This document shows positions 30,244-42,709 of a stretch of DNA of 64,000 bases, piece after piece. Location of the stretch: NCBI GenBank assembly GCA_000320545.1, contig ADNK01000855.1:20658-84657 (forward strand). Direction: 5' to 3'. Positions within the stretch are counted from its first letter, which is position 1. The number at the start of each line of letters is the position of its first letter. The notes under the pieces are model-generated. The model was given only the letters and a program-made list of their open reading frames with translations. It was not told where the DNA came from and did not search any database. The translations under genes were made by a program, and so were the position numbers. The stretch comes from Bigelowiella natans CCMP2755. Its lineage: Eukaryota; Protista; Cercozoa.

Positions 30244-31953
30244 TCATCGGTTATCGGTCGAACTATCTTGAAATTTCGGTATTTGTGGTAGCGAAGAGAA
30301 GAGGTCGCTTTTGCTGCTTAGGTTGTTGCGGTCTTGCGATTTCTTCTCAACGGGCTCAATGGGCTCGCAGAAGATACTTTGGCTGTTACACTTCCTGCTC
30401 TCGATAAGTTCCCATCTAATGAAAAAGGACAAAACAGACAATGATGAAGGACAAATGAAGGACAAGAGTTATTAAGACGGTTCACGCACATTCGTATGTA
30501 GCTTTGATGAATTTTTGAAGTACTATAATTTGTATGATATTTGATTCATCTGTGTGCGTGATCTGGAAGAGAAGGGGAGAACAGAAGAAAGGATGCGCAC
30601 GAAATAATTTAGTACATAATCTGCGAAAGTGGAAGGTGGGTGCTGCAGCAGCAATAGCGAGTCAGGGAGAATGCTACACTTGCCTTTTTGGAAATTTTTT
30701 CTTATCCTTCTTCATACAGTCAACACCCTCTTTTGACAGCATGTGCTGGATGATGACCTGAAGGAAAATAACGAGCAGTAATGTGAACAAAAATCCCGAT
30801 GGATATAATGATAATGATGTTGTTTGGTCTCAGGATTAGAAGAGTATTGGTTCCATTCTATAAAATGTTGGCCTAGTATTTATCAAATACCTCGCAGAGC
30901 TTTAGTTTTGTGGATGCTGTCATATCGAGCCCACAATGTGCACAATTTCCGATGATAGCTTTCTACGTACATGAAAGAAGAGGATAGATGAGAGATGAAG
31001 CAGGAGAAGAAAATGATAAGAATGGTGCTAATCTACAATGATCATAAATGATCTTGTGTGGTTGCGTTCCAGTGTGGCAAAGCTAATGACAAACCCTGTT
31101 ACAACCCATTTTATTGATTATTACCTTCTCAGTGTTCGAGGGACAACTGCCAACCTCCTGTAGTGCGGCAAAGAGAGAATATAGGCGTTTTCTCGCTTAC
31201 GTATTGATGTGCATTACTTAATTTTTCCTTTCGTTCATTCACATGTATTCTCAATGAAAAGTAAAAGAAAGAGGTAGGAATAGCGAATATTTCACACATG
31301 TGTGGAAAATCCAGCTTTTAACACTTGTTTTGACATCCTTTCGCAGGTCATCAGGGTTTAATTTTGGCTTTTACAGGCTCACGAATATCTTCACTACTTT
31401 AAGTACCCATCCTTCACATCGATCCTCTATAGCGACGTCTTTCAGCGCACTAGTGATGTGCAGGCCGCATCCTAACTCAATGATAAGGCGGTCCACAGAT
31501 AATATAAATATAAAACATCATCTTGATGGATTGATTAAGTGGATTTTGGTCGCGTTTGATTCCCATATTATTTATTCGTGTTCAATATTCATCTCGCCAT
31601 TATCCTGAAACTAAGACAGAAATGGATATCGGACGTAGACGTCGAAAGTGGTAGGCGCAAGATACAGTTGATGGCACCTGCCCATGTTATTTTCCCACAC
31701 CTAAGTTGTTATAGATGGCCATGTCTTCAAGAACGTTAATTACTTTATTGATAATGTTATCGTTGGACAACGTCAGAGAACAGGGAAAATAATTAGGAAT
31801 TTTGAACCGACCACAAGCACTTGTCTTTCCAACACATTTCCTCCTCGCCTCCACAGAGAGCTTTCCCAGCCAAGGCAACCAAGCCTGACGCCCAACATTA
31901 CAGAATTGCGTATCAACCCTTACCTTCTTCCAATGCTTCATAACCCCCCCCAT
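30244..31953 (-). CDS. Uncharacterised multi-exon protein
   Basis: ATG at 31953 (MGGVMKHWKKVRVDTQFC...). Several short GT-AG-bounded exons (LIIELGCGLHITSALKDVAIEDRCEGW; KAIIGNCAHCGLDMTASTKLKLCE; VIIQHMLSKE). No family recognised and the exon chain is incomplete. Confidence 0.35.
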
Positions 31954-32157
31954 TGGCTCATCGTTTCATATAGCCTCTCACAGGTAGTTGCTGCTGTTAC
32001 CTTTTCAAATGAGAGTTGAGGAGGAGGGAAGTACTGTTCACCGCAACGTGGATGTGGATGTCCTGTTACCACTGCTGTTCCGGGGACTGTCTAGCCGTTT
32101 CGAAATTATTTTCTCTATTTTGCTTGTCGCAGTATGTAAAACGACCACATTTTACCC

Positions 32158-33448
32158 ATGAAACTTCGTCTCAGTGGCTGCTGTGACTCGGAGTCAGATC
32201 TACTTGTGGTGGATTTGTCCAAGCCTCAAGCCTGTCTCTCCCCAAGGGGGGTTCACTCCCACGGGTTTTGGTCCGTGTCATGCTCGGCGGTTTTGCCCCG
32301 GCGTCAGCCGGGAAAATTTTTCGATTTCACCCAAAAAAATGCAAATTTTGTTCAAATTCCTCAATGTTTTCTTCAAAAACCATCCACAAAGTGTCCAGTG
32401 AAATTGCCCAAGATGCACATTGGCGGAACTCTTGGCATCGTGTCACTGGGATGTCTCAGATGTGCCCAACCCACTTCCCTGGCGCATGCAGATTTGATCA
32501 ATGCTTTGTTCATCATTCATTGTTCATCATTCCCGCCCTTTCCATCGATCTAGCGATGTGTGCACCAGCGTGTGTGACTGATCACGTGCGCAGCGTCGAT
32601 CATCCAGTCGTGCGCGACGTCGCGACGTGTCTAGCTTCAATTTGATGATGAAGTGACAAGTGTGCATCAGAGTGGGAAGCTGTGAGTGCTTGCGTGCGCG
32701 CGCGCTGGGCACGCACAAAGTGTGCCAGTGTGCGCCATCGCGCCCACACGTCTTGCTCGTGCGTCCAATCCCAAGCAGCTCTGGAGCTGCGCGTCGCGCA
32801 TCACATCCAGCTTCATTGATTGCCGCATCGGCACCGTGCAGGCCGCTAGGAGCCACACATCGAAAACTCACCAAAGTCAAAACCACCAAAAAAAAGCACT
32901 TTTTTGGCGCAGAAACGTTCAATTTTGCGAATTTTGGAGTGGAACTTCTGGAGGTGACGGAGTTGCTCTTGACACGGCCTCTGAGCATGTTTTTTTGAGC
33001 CAACGCGCAAAGGGGACCCTTTCCGCGGCACCCAAAGTTTTTGCCCTCGATTTTTTTCCTTGAAAATCCACTTTTTTGCACCCCTTTCTGGACAATTCTG
33101 GACCTTCTCACACGTCCAGAAGTCTTCTGTGGTGCTTCGGAAGAAGTTTGGATTGGATTCCGAGCATGACACGGACCAAAACCCGTGGGAGTGAACCCCC
33201 CTTGTCTCTCCCGGGCGTTCAGGAGCAGATGTGAGATGGGGGTCACAATGTGGAAGGGGAGTTTACGAGGAGAGCGGGCGATGGATGAGGCCGATGAAGA
33301 TGTGTGCGATGATGCACTCACAAGCGCATCTCAAATTTGCTGCTGGCTTGTGAAGATGAAGCATGCCCCGGCCCCATGTCTACTAGGTCTAGCCATGTGT
33401 GCAGCACGACGCAACTTTCCCCCCACGAAAAAATTTGTGCAAACTTAG
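32158..33448 (+). pseudogene. ORF interrupted by the MITE; removing the element and one TSD copy restores a 106-codon frame
   Basis: MKLRLSGCCDSESDLLVVDLSKPQACLS|RAFRSRCEMGVTMWKGSLRGERAMDEADEDVCDDALTSASQICCWLVKMK...FVQT* joins in frame across the empty site (tcc c|gg). It has 9 Cys and 0 Tyr. Confidence 0.4.
32243..33204. mobile_element. Non-autonomous DNA transposon (MITE), 962 bp, perfect 45-bp TIRs, 8-bp target-site duplication (hAT-like)
   Basis: Left TIR 32243-32287 (CAAGGGGGGTTCACTCCCACGGGTTTTGGTCCGTGTCATGCTCGG) is the exact reverse complement of 33160-33204. TCTCTCCC flanks both ends (32235-32242 and 33205-33212). No transposase ORF. 8-bp TSDs are typical of hAT, and also occur with P and Merlin elements. 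Confidence 0.95.
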
Positions 33449-33982
33449 ATCCTGCGCCATTTCCTCGCATCGCAGAAATGACAATGCAAGCTGTTTGTGA
33501 CCTGCGATCCCCAACATGCATTGTCTTTGGAACAATGCATTGGCCCCCTCATCGCATGTCGCATGCTCGCGGAGCCACAGGCGACGGTGGTGCGGTCGCC
33601 ATGATCACTAGACGCTAGCAACAAAATGCATTGCATTGTGATTGTTACTGCAATAAATGATTCATTGCATAGCATGCGCTAGGGATGCACTTGTACGATG
33701 CCTTGCATGAGCTGTTGTGCGGCTGGCAAACATCCGCTTGGCGAACGTTACGTTAACGTGCCGCATGTTCCATGTGCTCATCGCTCTACTCTGCGCTTAT
33801 TATTTCAATCAATGCGCGACGTAGCTTGCTAACTGATACGTGTACAACATGTAATATGGCTGCCGGTAACATCATTAAAAAAGAATTGAAGATCTTGGAG
33901 AATCCGTTCCTTTCAAAAGTGGGAAACCTTCAAATTCGTTCAATACCATCTCTTCAAGAAAATTCTCTTTAGAGTTAGGAGA

Positions 33983-34499
33983 TTAGAAGTTCTCTTTGTG
34001 AAGGATGAACCTGAAGATATATACAATATATCACAGAGGAACATTCGACTCGAAACAAGATGACTAGTTTGAGGAGGAAACAAAGGGAAGGGCAAGGGAA
34101 TTGATGACGCCTACTTGGTTCCTTTTGCTTCCTGACTACTGTGCTTGGCGCACATCTTTTTCAAATCAGCAGCAATGTATGGATTCCCGCAGAACATCAC
34201 TCCGACCTGTGGCGGCGGATTATATCAGATAAGACGAGGTGAAATTCATAGTTACCCTTTCGTGTGTGTGTGTGTGTGTGTCATCTGTTCTTTCATAATT
34301 TGATACGTTCTCATTCCGATACATCTTTAACATCTCCTCGAAACGTATGTCCCAATTGGGCCGGCCATGATGAACATGTATGTCGCCCAATGTCTTCGAC
34401 TCCTTGCTGGGGAACAGCAGCGCCTGAAGTGCAACGACTGAACACTCAGCAAAAATATGAAAATACTCGTACACATTTTACACACACACACACACACGT

Positions 34500-34578
<79 letters not shown>

Positions 34579-35431
34579 TTATTATGTATATTTCAAATGC
34601 TTGTGTACATGCTTGTAATCCCCATCACGAGCGAGTCATCATTCACCTTGTAGAGGTCTGCTTTGGAGAAGTTTGCCCGTTCCATATCTACTTGCGACTC
34701 AGGTGCTGGAATTCTGCCGTAAGCAAAAAAAATAATAACGATAGAGAGTATTATGAAGGAAGAACAAAAACGACTATTGAAGGAAGGATCAATGTGAGAA
34801 GGGCTTTAAAGGGTGATACTGACTGACCCCCAAAATGTGTCATCTTTTTCTTCCTCAGTAAGCGACTTGTACGCCTTCTCCTCTGTCAGGTCCTTTGGCA
34901 CCTGTTAAGGCAATTTTAGTTTGCATTGAATATCGTCGACGTATGTTAACATCCACATACACACACACTCACACACACGCGCGCGCGCACACACACGCAC
35001 ACGCACAGAGACTTACCGACGTCACGTATATGTGGAAGTTGAAGCTTTTCCCTCTCATTGCTTCCTTCGATTTCACCTATGCGAAATGTAGCGAAGTTAT
35101 CATCAGTACGATCAGTCTTCTCCGTTCTTGGCCTCTTCGTAATACACTACCTTCATGTTGATGACACAGTCCTGCACTTCCTTGAGTCGCGATACGAACC
35201 AGCGGTACGCCTCTACGTCCCGATGTGAGACGACCCACGCAAAGTTAGCGTGCGAAGGATAGCTTTTGCCTACGGTGAACTTCCATCTGCAGAGGAAAGA
35301 AAAATCTTTATTTTAGACGTTTATCTTTTACATATTCCCAATATCTCCGATTGAGTGTACGAAGCGCATATTTTTTTTGTATCACAAAAATACTTAATGT
35401 CCCAAATACAACAAATGCAACAAATCACTAT

Positions 35432-35488
<57 letters not shown>

Positions 35489-35787
35489 GGGGTGGGGGGG
35501 GGGGGGGGGAAGGGAAAAGGGGGGAAAGCAACACAACTCTCTTCTCCATTTATTATGTTAGGCCTGGTTGTGGACCTACCTGTGGAACACAACACTCTGC
35601 ACGCATGCGGCCACTGGCGTCAGTCCAATTCCTGCACCCGCAACCTGAGGAAAAGCACAAAGCGAAAAAGAGGAGGGAAGCGGAAGGGAGGTAGAGAATG
35701 TAAGTGTGAGAATAGGCAACTGAGAAGGCAGAAAAGAAAGAAAAAGAGAAACCAACAAAGGCGAAGGTAGGGCACTCCAACAATACA

Positions 35788-35827
<40 letters not shown>

Positions 35828-38340
35828 CATGTTGAGTACCAAGACGTGTTCATATTCGGTCATGTGCTGAGTGGGTGCAGAATGAGGCCCGTCCACCAAA
35901 AATAGCTGCTTGCCATCCGGTCCTTGTGTACGTCCTTTATGTACATTTGCGAAGAAAAGGAGGAATACAAGGTCAATGAAAGTACGATGACAGAGGCGCT
36001 ACACAGATAACATAATATCCTCAGCGAGAGGGGTAGCTGTGTATTTCAGCCGATGTCAGCATTAGTACCTGGACTAATTTGACCGTCACTTCCTCTTGAT
36101 GTCAACGAAAAGGATTTCACGCCAGGGGGGGCAATGGAGAGGCAGTAATCAGCCACAGACTACAGAGAAGAGGAGGAACGGGAAGGGGGGCATGGGAAGA
36201 ATAAGATATGAATATGCACGCGCACACTGTGTCGCATACGCATTTCACCCTTGGCCCCGTGTACTCATGGAGAACACAACGGATATCTCCGCAGCCTCCA
36301 TGTACTGGTCTCTTTCACGTTTTATATAACTATTTCTTAGTCCACTTTTTCTCGCTCCCTCACGCTACAGGTGGCTGCATGCATCAGCGCAATATCGCCC
36401 AATCAAAACTATTCTTGCTTCCGTTCATACCTGAGTCCAGCTTCCCTCTCCCTGCGTTTGAATATGAACCTAGAAATTCAATCATGGAGGGGAGGGGGCC
36501 AGAGAGAAGAAAGCGAAGGAACAACACCTCAGATTTTACATGGACAAGATGCAATGCAGCTTCTGTGGTCTCGTTGCCGACGTTTCTCTCCCAAACGAAG
36601 TTCTATCTATGTGAGGATCGACTGATTGGAAATCCTGCTTCATTGCTTCTCCCACTGTTACTGCTACAACTAGTAGTAATGGTGATAGCACTACTACCCC
36701 CGACACCACGACCACTGCACTGAACCTCTCCCATTCACGTACGCACACATAAAAAAATACAGGAGCTCTTTTAGCCGAATCGATTGCTATGCTACTCGCT
36801 GACCGTCCACGTCGGCTTGTGCGGCGGCGAGGATATGGTGAAGGGGTGCCACTCGTACTTTTTCACAGAAGGACAGCAAAGGAACACGTATTGTCCTTCC
36901 CGGTAGCCTGGCAATGGACGATTTTACAACAAGGCAGCGAGGGCATTGAATAAGGAGCAGAGATGATGACAGCTCTTAGATATGCACAGAGGTGATTATG
37001 AACGCGGCGTGACATCTTCATTGGACTCCTAGAGGTGTACATTCTGCTTCCATCGATATCGCTCTTTCTTCCCTTAAACTGTTTAACCTTTTCCTCCCAC
37101 CCTCATTTCCTCTTCCGACCGCATACATCCATTCAAGTTGACGGGGGGGGAGAAGAGAAAGAGGACAAGAAAATAAGGCATTGGTGAGGAACGCACCAGC
37201 GGCTCCAAATGCGCTGTCCTTGTCGAATTCAAAGGAGATGAGCCGTGGCTTCATTGCCATCATTGACATCACACGGACTTCATTCTGAGACCTACGAAAC
37301 CACAGAGGGGTGCGTATAGCTCAGTTACTTGATATGGTACAACACGTAATCTAGTGCCCCCACGTATGTGTACGTTCATGTGTGTGTGTGTGTGTGTGTG
37401 TGTGTGGAGGTGTATCGCTGCGGTGTTAGTGCGCTCTTGCAACAAGGTTCGAAGAACCTCAGAATCCTATAAATGCGCTCCATTATGTACATAGATCCCG
37501 GTAGTAACAAGTACTTCCAAAAGTTAGGGTTCCAACCTGGGTAAACAATTATTAAATTGCTACTATCCAATCTGGATGAACAACTATTAAAATGCTACTT
37601 ACTATCCATCCACCTCCTCTCCCTCCCCCCACACACGCACATACACATACACACATATGAATAACCGAAGATAAGATAAAATATCATGTATCATGTAGAG
37701 GTTCTTTTGGAACAATTTACGAGAGTGCCGGTGTATTTGCAGGCTGCATCTAGCATCCAGAAAACGAGCCATTTTTATTTGAAAGCTCACAGTGCATTGG
37801 CGAAGAGAAATGGATACCTCCTTTTCCGTGTAGAAGACAAATGGCGAAATAGGCTATGAAGAGATGGTGGCTGTACCTAATGAGTTCAAGGGAGGGGCGG
37901 CTGAGTGAGCAACGTTAAAGGGGTTGTTGACAAGGAGGGGGGGGGGGAGAGAGGGATAGGGCAATAGTTTGGAAAGGCAGGAAGGACCAGAACACTTCGA
38001 AGTTGCTGCGTTTCACCATGTCAGAGCCCCCAGAGTAGATAAAGACCTGTCACCCCGCGCAGTAGTAACGGTAGCAGGGGAAACAACATCTTTCATAATT
38101 TCGATCCAAAATTATGGAAATGTCACAACAGAAACACACGTGTCATGCAGGACTAGTTGGCTATGCTTTTTAGTAATGCCGCAAGAGATCGAAATCATCG
38201 ATGGTGAAAAGCAACCATGATGATTAACAGCATCATTCCAGAGACGAATGGCCAGTGCCCGAACCTGCAACATACCAAAGTGATTCGCAGCACGAAAAAC
38301 TACAATAGCGCCGCTACGCCTATGAGCACACTCGATTCAA

Positions 38341-38372
<32 letters not shown>

Positions 38373-38379
38373 CCTAAAC

Positions 38380-38420
<41 letters not shown>

Positions 38421-38882
38421 TTACTATTATATGGGTGTGTGCGTGTGTATGTTTGTACTTGTCAACTGTTTGTTCTGGCTTCGCTGAGTAGTTGATAAAG
38501 TGCATAAGCGTGTGGCCGATAACAGCGAAAAACGACAGCCTGAAAATGGGGAAACGCAGACAAGAGCAAAATCAATATAGAACACACACAGAACACACAC
38601 TGCAAACAAATGAAGATAAAATACATATTCATCATGTCAGTGGAAAGATAATGCCATAGTATAGTTTTCGATACATATGACCATACTTTGCCAGTTGCTT
38701 GTGCAGCATGTGGTTCTTGTCGATAGGAATAAAACTGAAGATCGTGCCTTATCGATTCGCCAGCAAGGTCACAGGTAAAAAACAGAATGCATGCAGAACA
38801 TCAACACAATGAAAACTACATCCGCACACGCATCATATGAACAAGTTTTACATTTGGAGTATGTACGCGTCTATCATGCGTT

Positions 38883-38916
<34 letters not shown>

Positions 38917-39086
38917 CGCGCATGTGAGAACGTGAGAACACTTGCTTACGGAGGGGATTTGGCGAGACAGCTTTGGTCCAGTGTTGCAAGATTGTACAAA
39001 TAGCGGAGTAATGTGCGGCATACCTAATGTGTGTGGTAAAGCACCTCCCAATCACAAACTATTTCTCAGATACAAAAGGACGAACA

Positions 39087-39122
<36 letters not shown>

Positions 39123-40140
39123 TATTTGTGTGTACTATTGTGCATAGCACTTGTGTAACTTGTTTCAACATTTGGTAGATGGTTGGGAAGTGTCGACGAG
39201 GTTTCAACATGATGACTGCTGCCTCTCAGTGTCGGGCTGCCACAAGGTCATAGCCTTGTTGACTTCAAATCGGTCAGTGCTATTTCCTCCCTCAATTCTC
39301 AAATCTTCCTCTATGTGTGGAGAGAGTACCGGCAGCAGGATCAAGGAGCTGTTTATGTCTATCATGCACCTATGTGCATACATAACCTCAACGACGTGAA
39401 CGGGAGAAGAACAGCATGTGGAAGACAATCACTCAAAATGGCGGAACGGATCAGAGCGAAGGCGCAGTCGATTTTCTTCGTCAATAATGACAAAAGGACA
39501 TGATCGCTCGATTGTTGCTGCGTATGAGTTCAACCCGAATCCTTTGGCATAGGGTGCCCATCCGCTCAGCTTCTTGTCATCGTCCATCTCATCCACAGCC
39601 TGAAAATATCGTTTGCATCATTTTGTGCGTGCGTGCGTGCGCGTGTGTGAGTGTGTGTCTGTGTGTGTTCATATAGCACAGGCTGCAAATTCCATGCAGA
39701 CCTTGGTCCAGATGACAACAGTGACAATGAAAGCGATGAGATTTGCAAGGAGGTAAACGCAGAAAAAGACGAAGACGCGCCCTTTTGCCACTTGTTTCTT
39801 GAAGTAAATTTTCCACTGCTCAACGAATGAAGGTGGATCTGATATTTCGCGAAAAAGTATGATCAGACTACAGGCTCCGCCACACACATATACAAGGAGA
39901 GAGAGAAAGAGAGAGAGAGGAGAGGAGAACACACACACACACACACACAAATACACACACAGTAACTAAGTGAGCGGAAACACTATCCTCTTCTAACCCC
40001 CTTCCCCTTTCGCTCCTTATACTGATCGTCGTATTGATTGATTGAATGATTAATGCACCTCCTTTCCTTGCCCTGGGCTTCTTGAATTTCTCCCCGAGAT
40101 AGAAGCTGCACACATTGCATGCACATATACTTAAGATTAT

Positions 40141-40182
<42 letters not shown>

Positions 40183-40522
40183 ATGTGTGCGCGCGCGCGC
40201 GTGTGTGTGTGGGTGCGTGTAGGTGCATAGTTAAGTGTATATTAAGGAGAAGCACTTCTAAACATAATTCATCATCACCCCAGAGCGTCGAAGAATCCAG
40301 CGAAAAGGAGCGAAAATGCAACTGTGATCGTAGCGAAAGAAGGGAGGAAGAAGATCCCGCTGGCAAACTGAATAGCGAAAGCAATGCAGATGTAGCGACC
40401 AGGATTAAAGCTTAGATATTGACAAATCAGGTCAGGTCATATTCGTGTGAAGACAGAAAGGAAGCCAAATGTTCGCGGCCACGCCCTTATGTGAGTGAAT
40501 TTGCAAGGGGAATGGCCATTCA

Positions 40523-40575
<53 letters not shown>

Positions 40576-41115
40576 GGAAGTAGCTCGAACCCATATAGCG
40601 CCCCGCGCCGGGAAGGACTCCAGGAGCGGTGCACCTGACACACGCAGTATGCATCCGTAAGCCTGCTGACATCCCAAAACCTTCCTTCTTCCCAACAAAT
40701 TAAGCATGCCCACCTTTCCTCGAGGTTTCGACGTAGTATAGACCCGGGCCATAAAGGAATGCGAAAACCTAAAACGGAGAGACTTGCTGTAACAAATGTA
40801 GATATATACAACTATCATGCCCTTTTAGGCGCTACGCATTCATACATGCGACATCCGCGATTTCGTATAAATGTGCGAGGCACAGATATTAGCTCGCTTA
40901 TTATTGTATTTTGGGAAATCAATGGAGGATCGAGTGACGTCAGTTCTAAAAATAAAGCTCAAACAAGCCGCTAAAATGTTTACGTTGTTTTATAATCCTA
41001 CCCCAGCTGTGATTTCATTTTCAGGGCTGATAAGTCCTCTTCCCTCTCCCCCGTACACCATGGCTGATGTTGGTTGTTCATGAATTGGCAAGTATATATT
41101 GGAGTGAGAGTGTGC

Positions 41116-41157
<42 letters not shown>

Positions 41158-42709
41158 TGATGTGTCATTTTAGATGATGTATTTGTGAAATATTGTAAAT
41201 GTGACTACCTGACAATCCCAGAACAACGAGGAATATTGATATGTAGTATGTAATCTGCGCAAAGATGGGGGGATGTGGGGGAAAGATTGTTGCATCAGGA
41301 ATAAGGAACTTTTTGTTTAGATTTAATTAAAATTTGATAATTAAAAAATTGATATTAATGTCAAAAAAATGTTAAAATGTGTTTTTGTAATATCATAGTT
41401 TTTATCAAGTTTTTCCAAACTTGAAAAAAAATTGGACATTTCTCCTCGTTAGATAGATTAGTATATTTATGACAGAATGATGATTATCTTTTCCTTTCAT
41501 TCCCCTCTTCTCCTCCTCTCACCATAACGTGTGCCCACATGCGGAACGAGGTTTGCTCCTTCTTCTTCTTCTGAGTAGCCTCAGGCTTGAATTCTCTTCT
41601 TTCAGACTTCGGCATCGACAGCTTCACGTCCTTCAACTTCGTTTCATCGCTCGGTGCTATAGTACGACACGACGATACCAGGATGGACGTAAAAAAGTGG
41701 ATTTACATCATAGGGGTGGGGGGGGGGAGAGGGTCTTTCGAGACGACAACATAAATGATTGATTTCCATTGTGCCTATGTATATATTATACGTGCGTGCG
41801 TGTTTGCGTGGTTATATGTGTGTTGTATGACCGCCTCCCCTAGTGCTGCTCGTCAACAGGTTCGTATTTGAGGAAGCAACCAATGATGCCCTTGACTGGT
41901 CTGTGAGAGGACATGATTTTTTATTATATCCCAAATCCCCTCAACATTTTCATGAATGAAATAAACAAGATTTTTATTGCCCAAGCCATTTATTTGTGAT
42001 TACAACATCGACGGCACACGCGCGTAGAAGCAGAGGATAGCAGGCAAACAACACGTACCACCCAACGCGTCAGTATCGAAAATTGCTGCCGATTTAGGCG
42101 AGGATGCCCTCTTCGTCTCCTCTTCATTCTTGTTCTCGTTCATAAGAGGCGCTGAACTGCCGATGTCCTTGGGCTTCGAAATCTCGGAGGTTGGTGGCGA
42201 GCTCGATGATCCAGGAGTCTCGATTTCTTTCACGTAATTGTATGGGAAAAGCCTGCATTTTCGTGTTTGAGAACACGACACGAAACAGAATTAGATAGGC
42301 TTCTTTTCTAAAGAGTTAGGGAGTTCGATCGTTGCTCGTTCACAGGAAAAAGGATCGTACCCGTCTTTCGAAGGATCGTTTTGGAGCCGGCCCTGCCACC
42401 AGCCGCTGATTAATATATCACGTGATGGTTCAATCAATAAACAGAGGGGGGATAGTCGCTAAGATATAACCTGTCATCCTTTTGAATTATCTCTATGATG
42501 TCACCGACCATTAAGGATAAGTGGCCTGAAAAATACCATTCAAAACGGAATTTTTATCGGCGGGGGGGCGAACAATAAAAACATTTCCGACAGCAACGAT
42601 TGATGCCCCGATGGAAAAATAGCAAAAATCGATACCATATTGGCTGCTTACCTTCATCGACCGCCTCATATTTAAATTGGGCCTTGCAGAGGCCGACATG
42701 TTCCGACAT
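33983..42709 (-). CDS. NADPH oxidase fusion protein: SH3 - linker - p22phox-like (cytochrome b558 alpha) domain - gp91phox-type NOX core; more than 25 exons
   Basis: SH3: [59 protein letters not shown]. Phase-consistent exons lead to [23 protein letters not shown]...[22 protein letters not shown]...[48 protein letters not shown] motifs: [91 protein letters not shown]. Further 5' exons up to ~43300 are possible. Confidence 0.85.
34503..34576. repeat. (AT)37 intronic microsatellite, one of dozens of SSRs ((CA)n, (GA)n, (AGT)n, (CAT)n, (GAG)n, (CAG)n) in this window's introns
   Basis: Read directly from the sequence; similar (AT)n tracts lie near 35790-35824 and 38382-38418. Confidence 0.95.
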
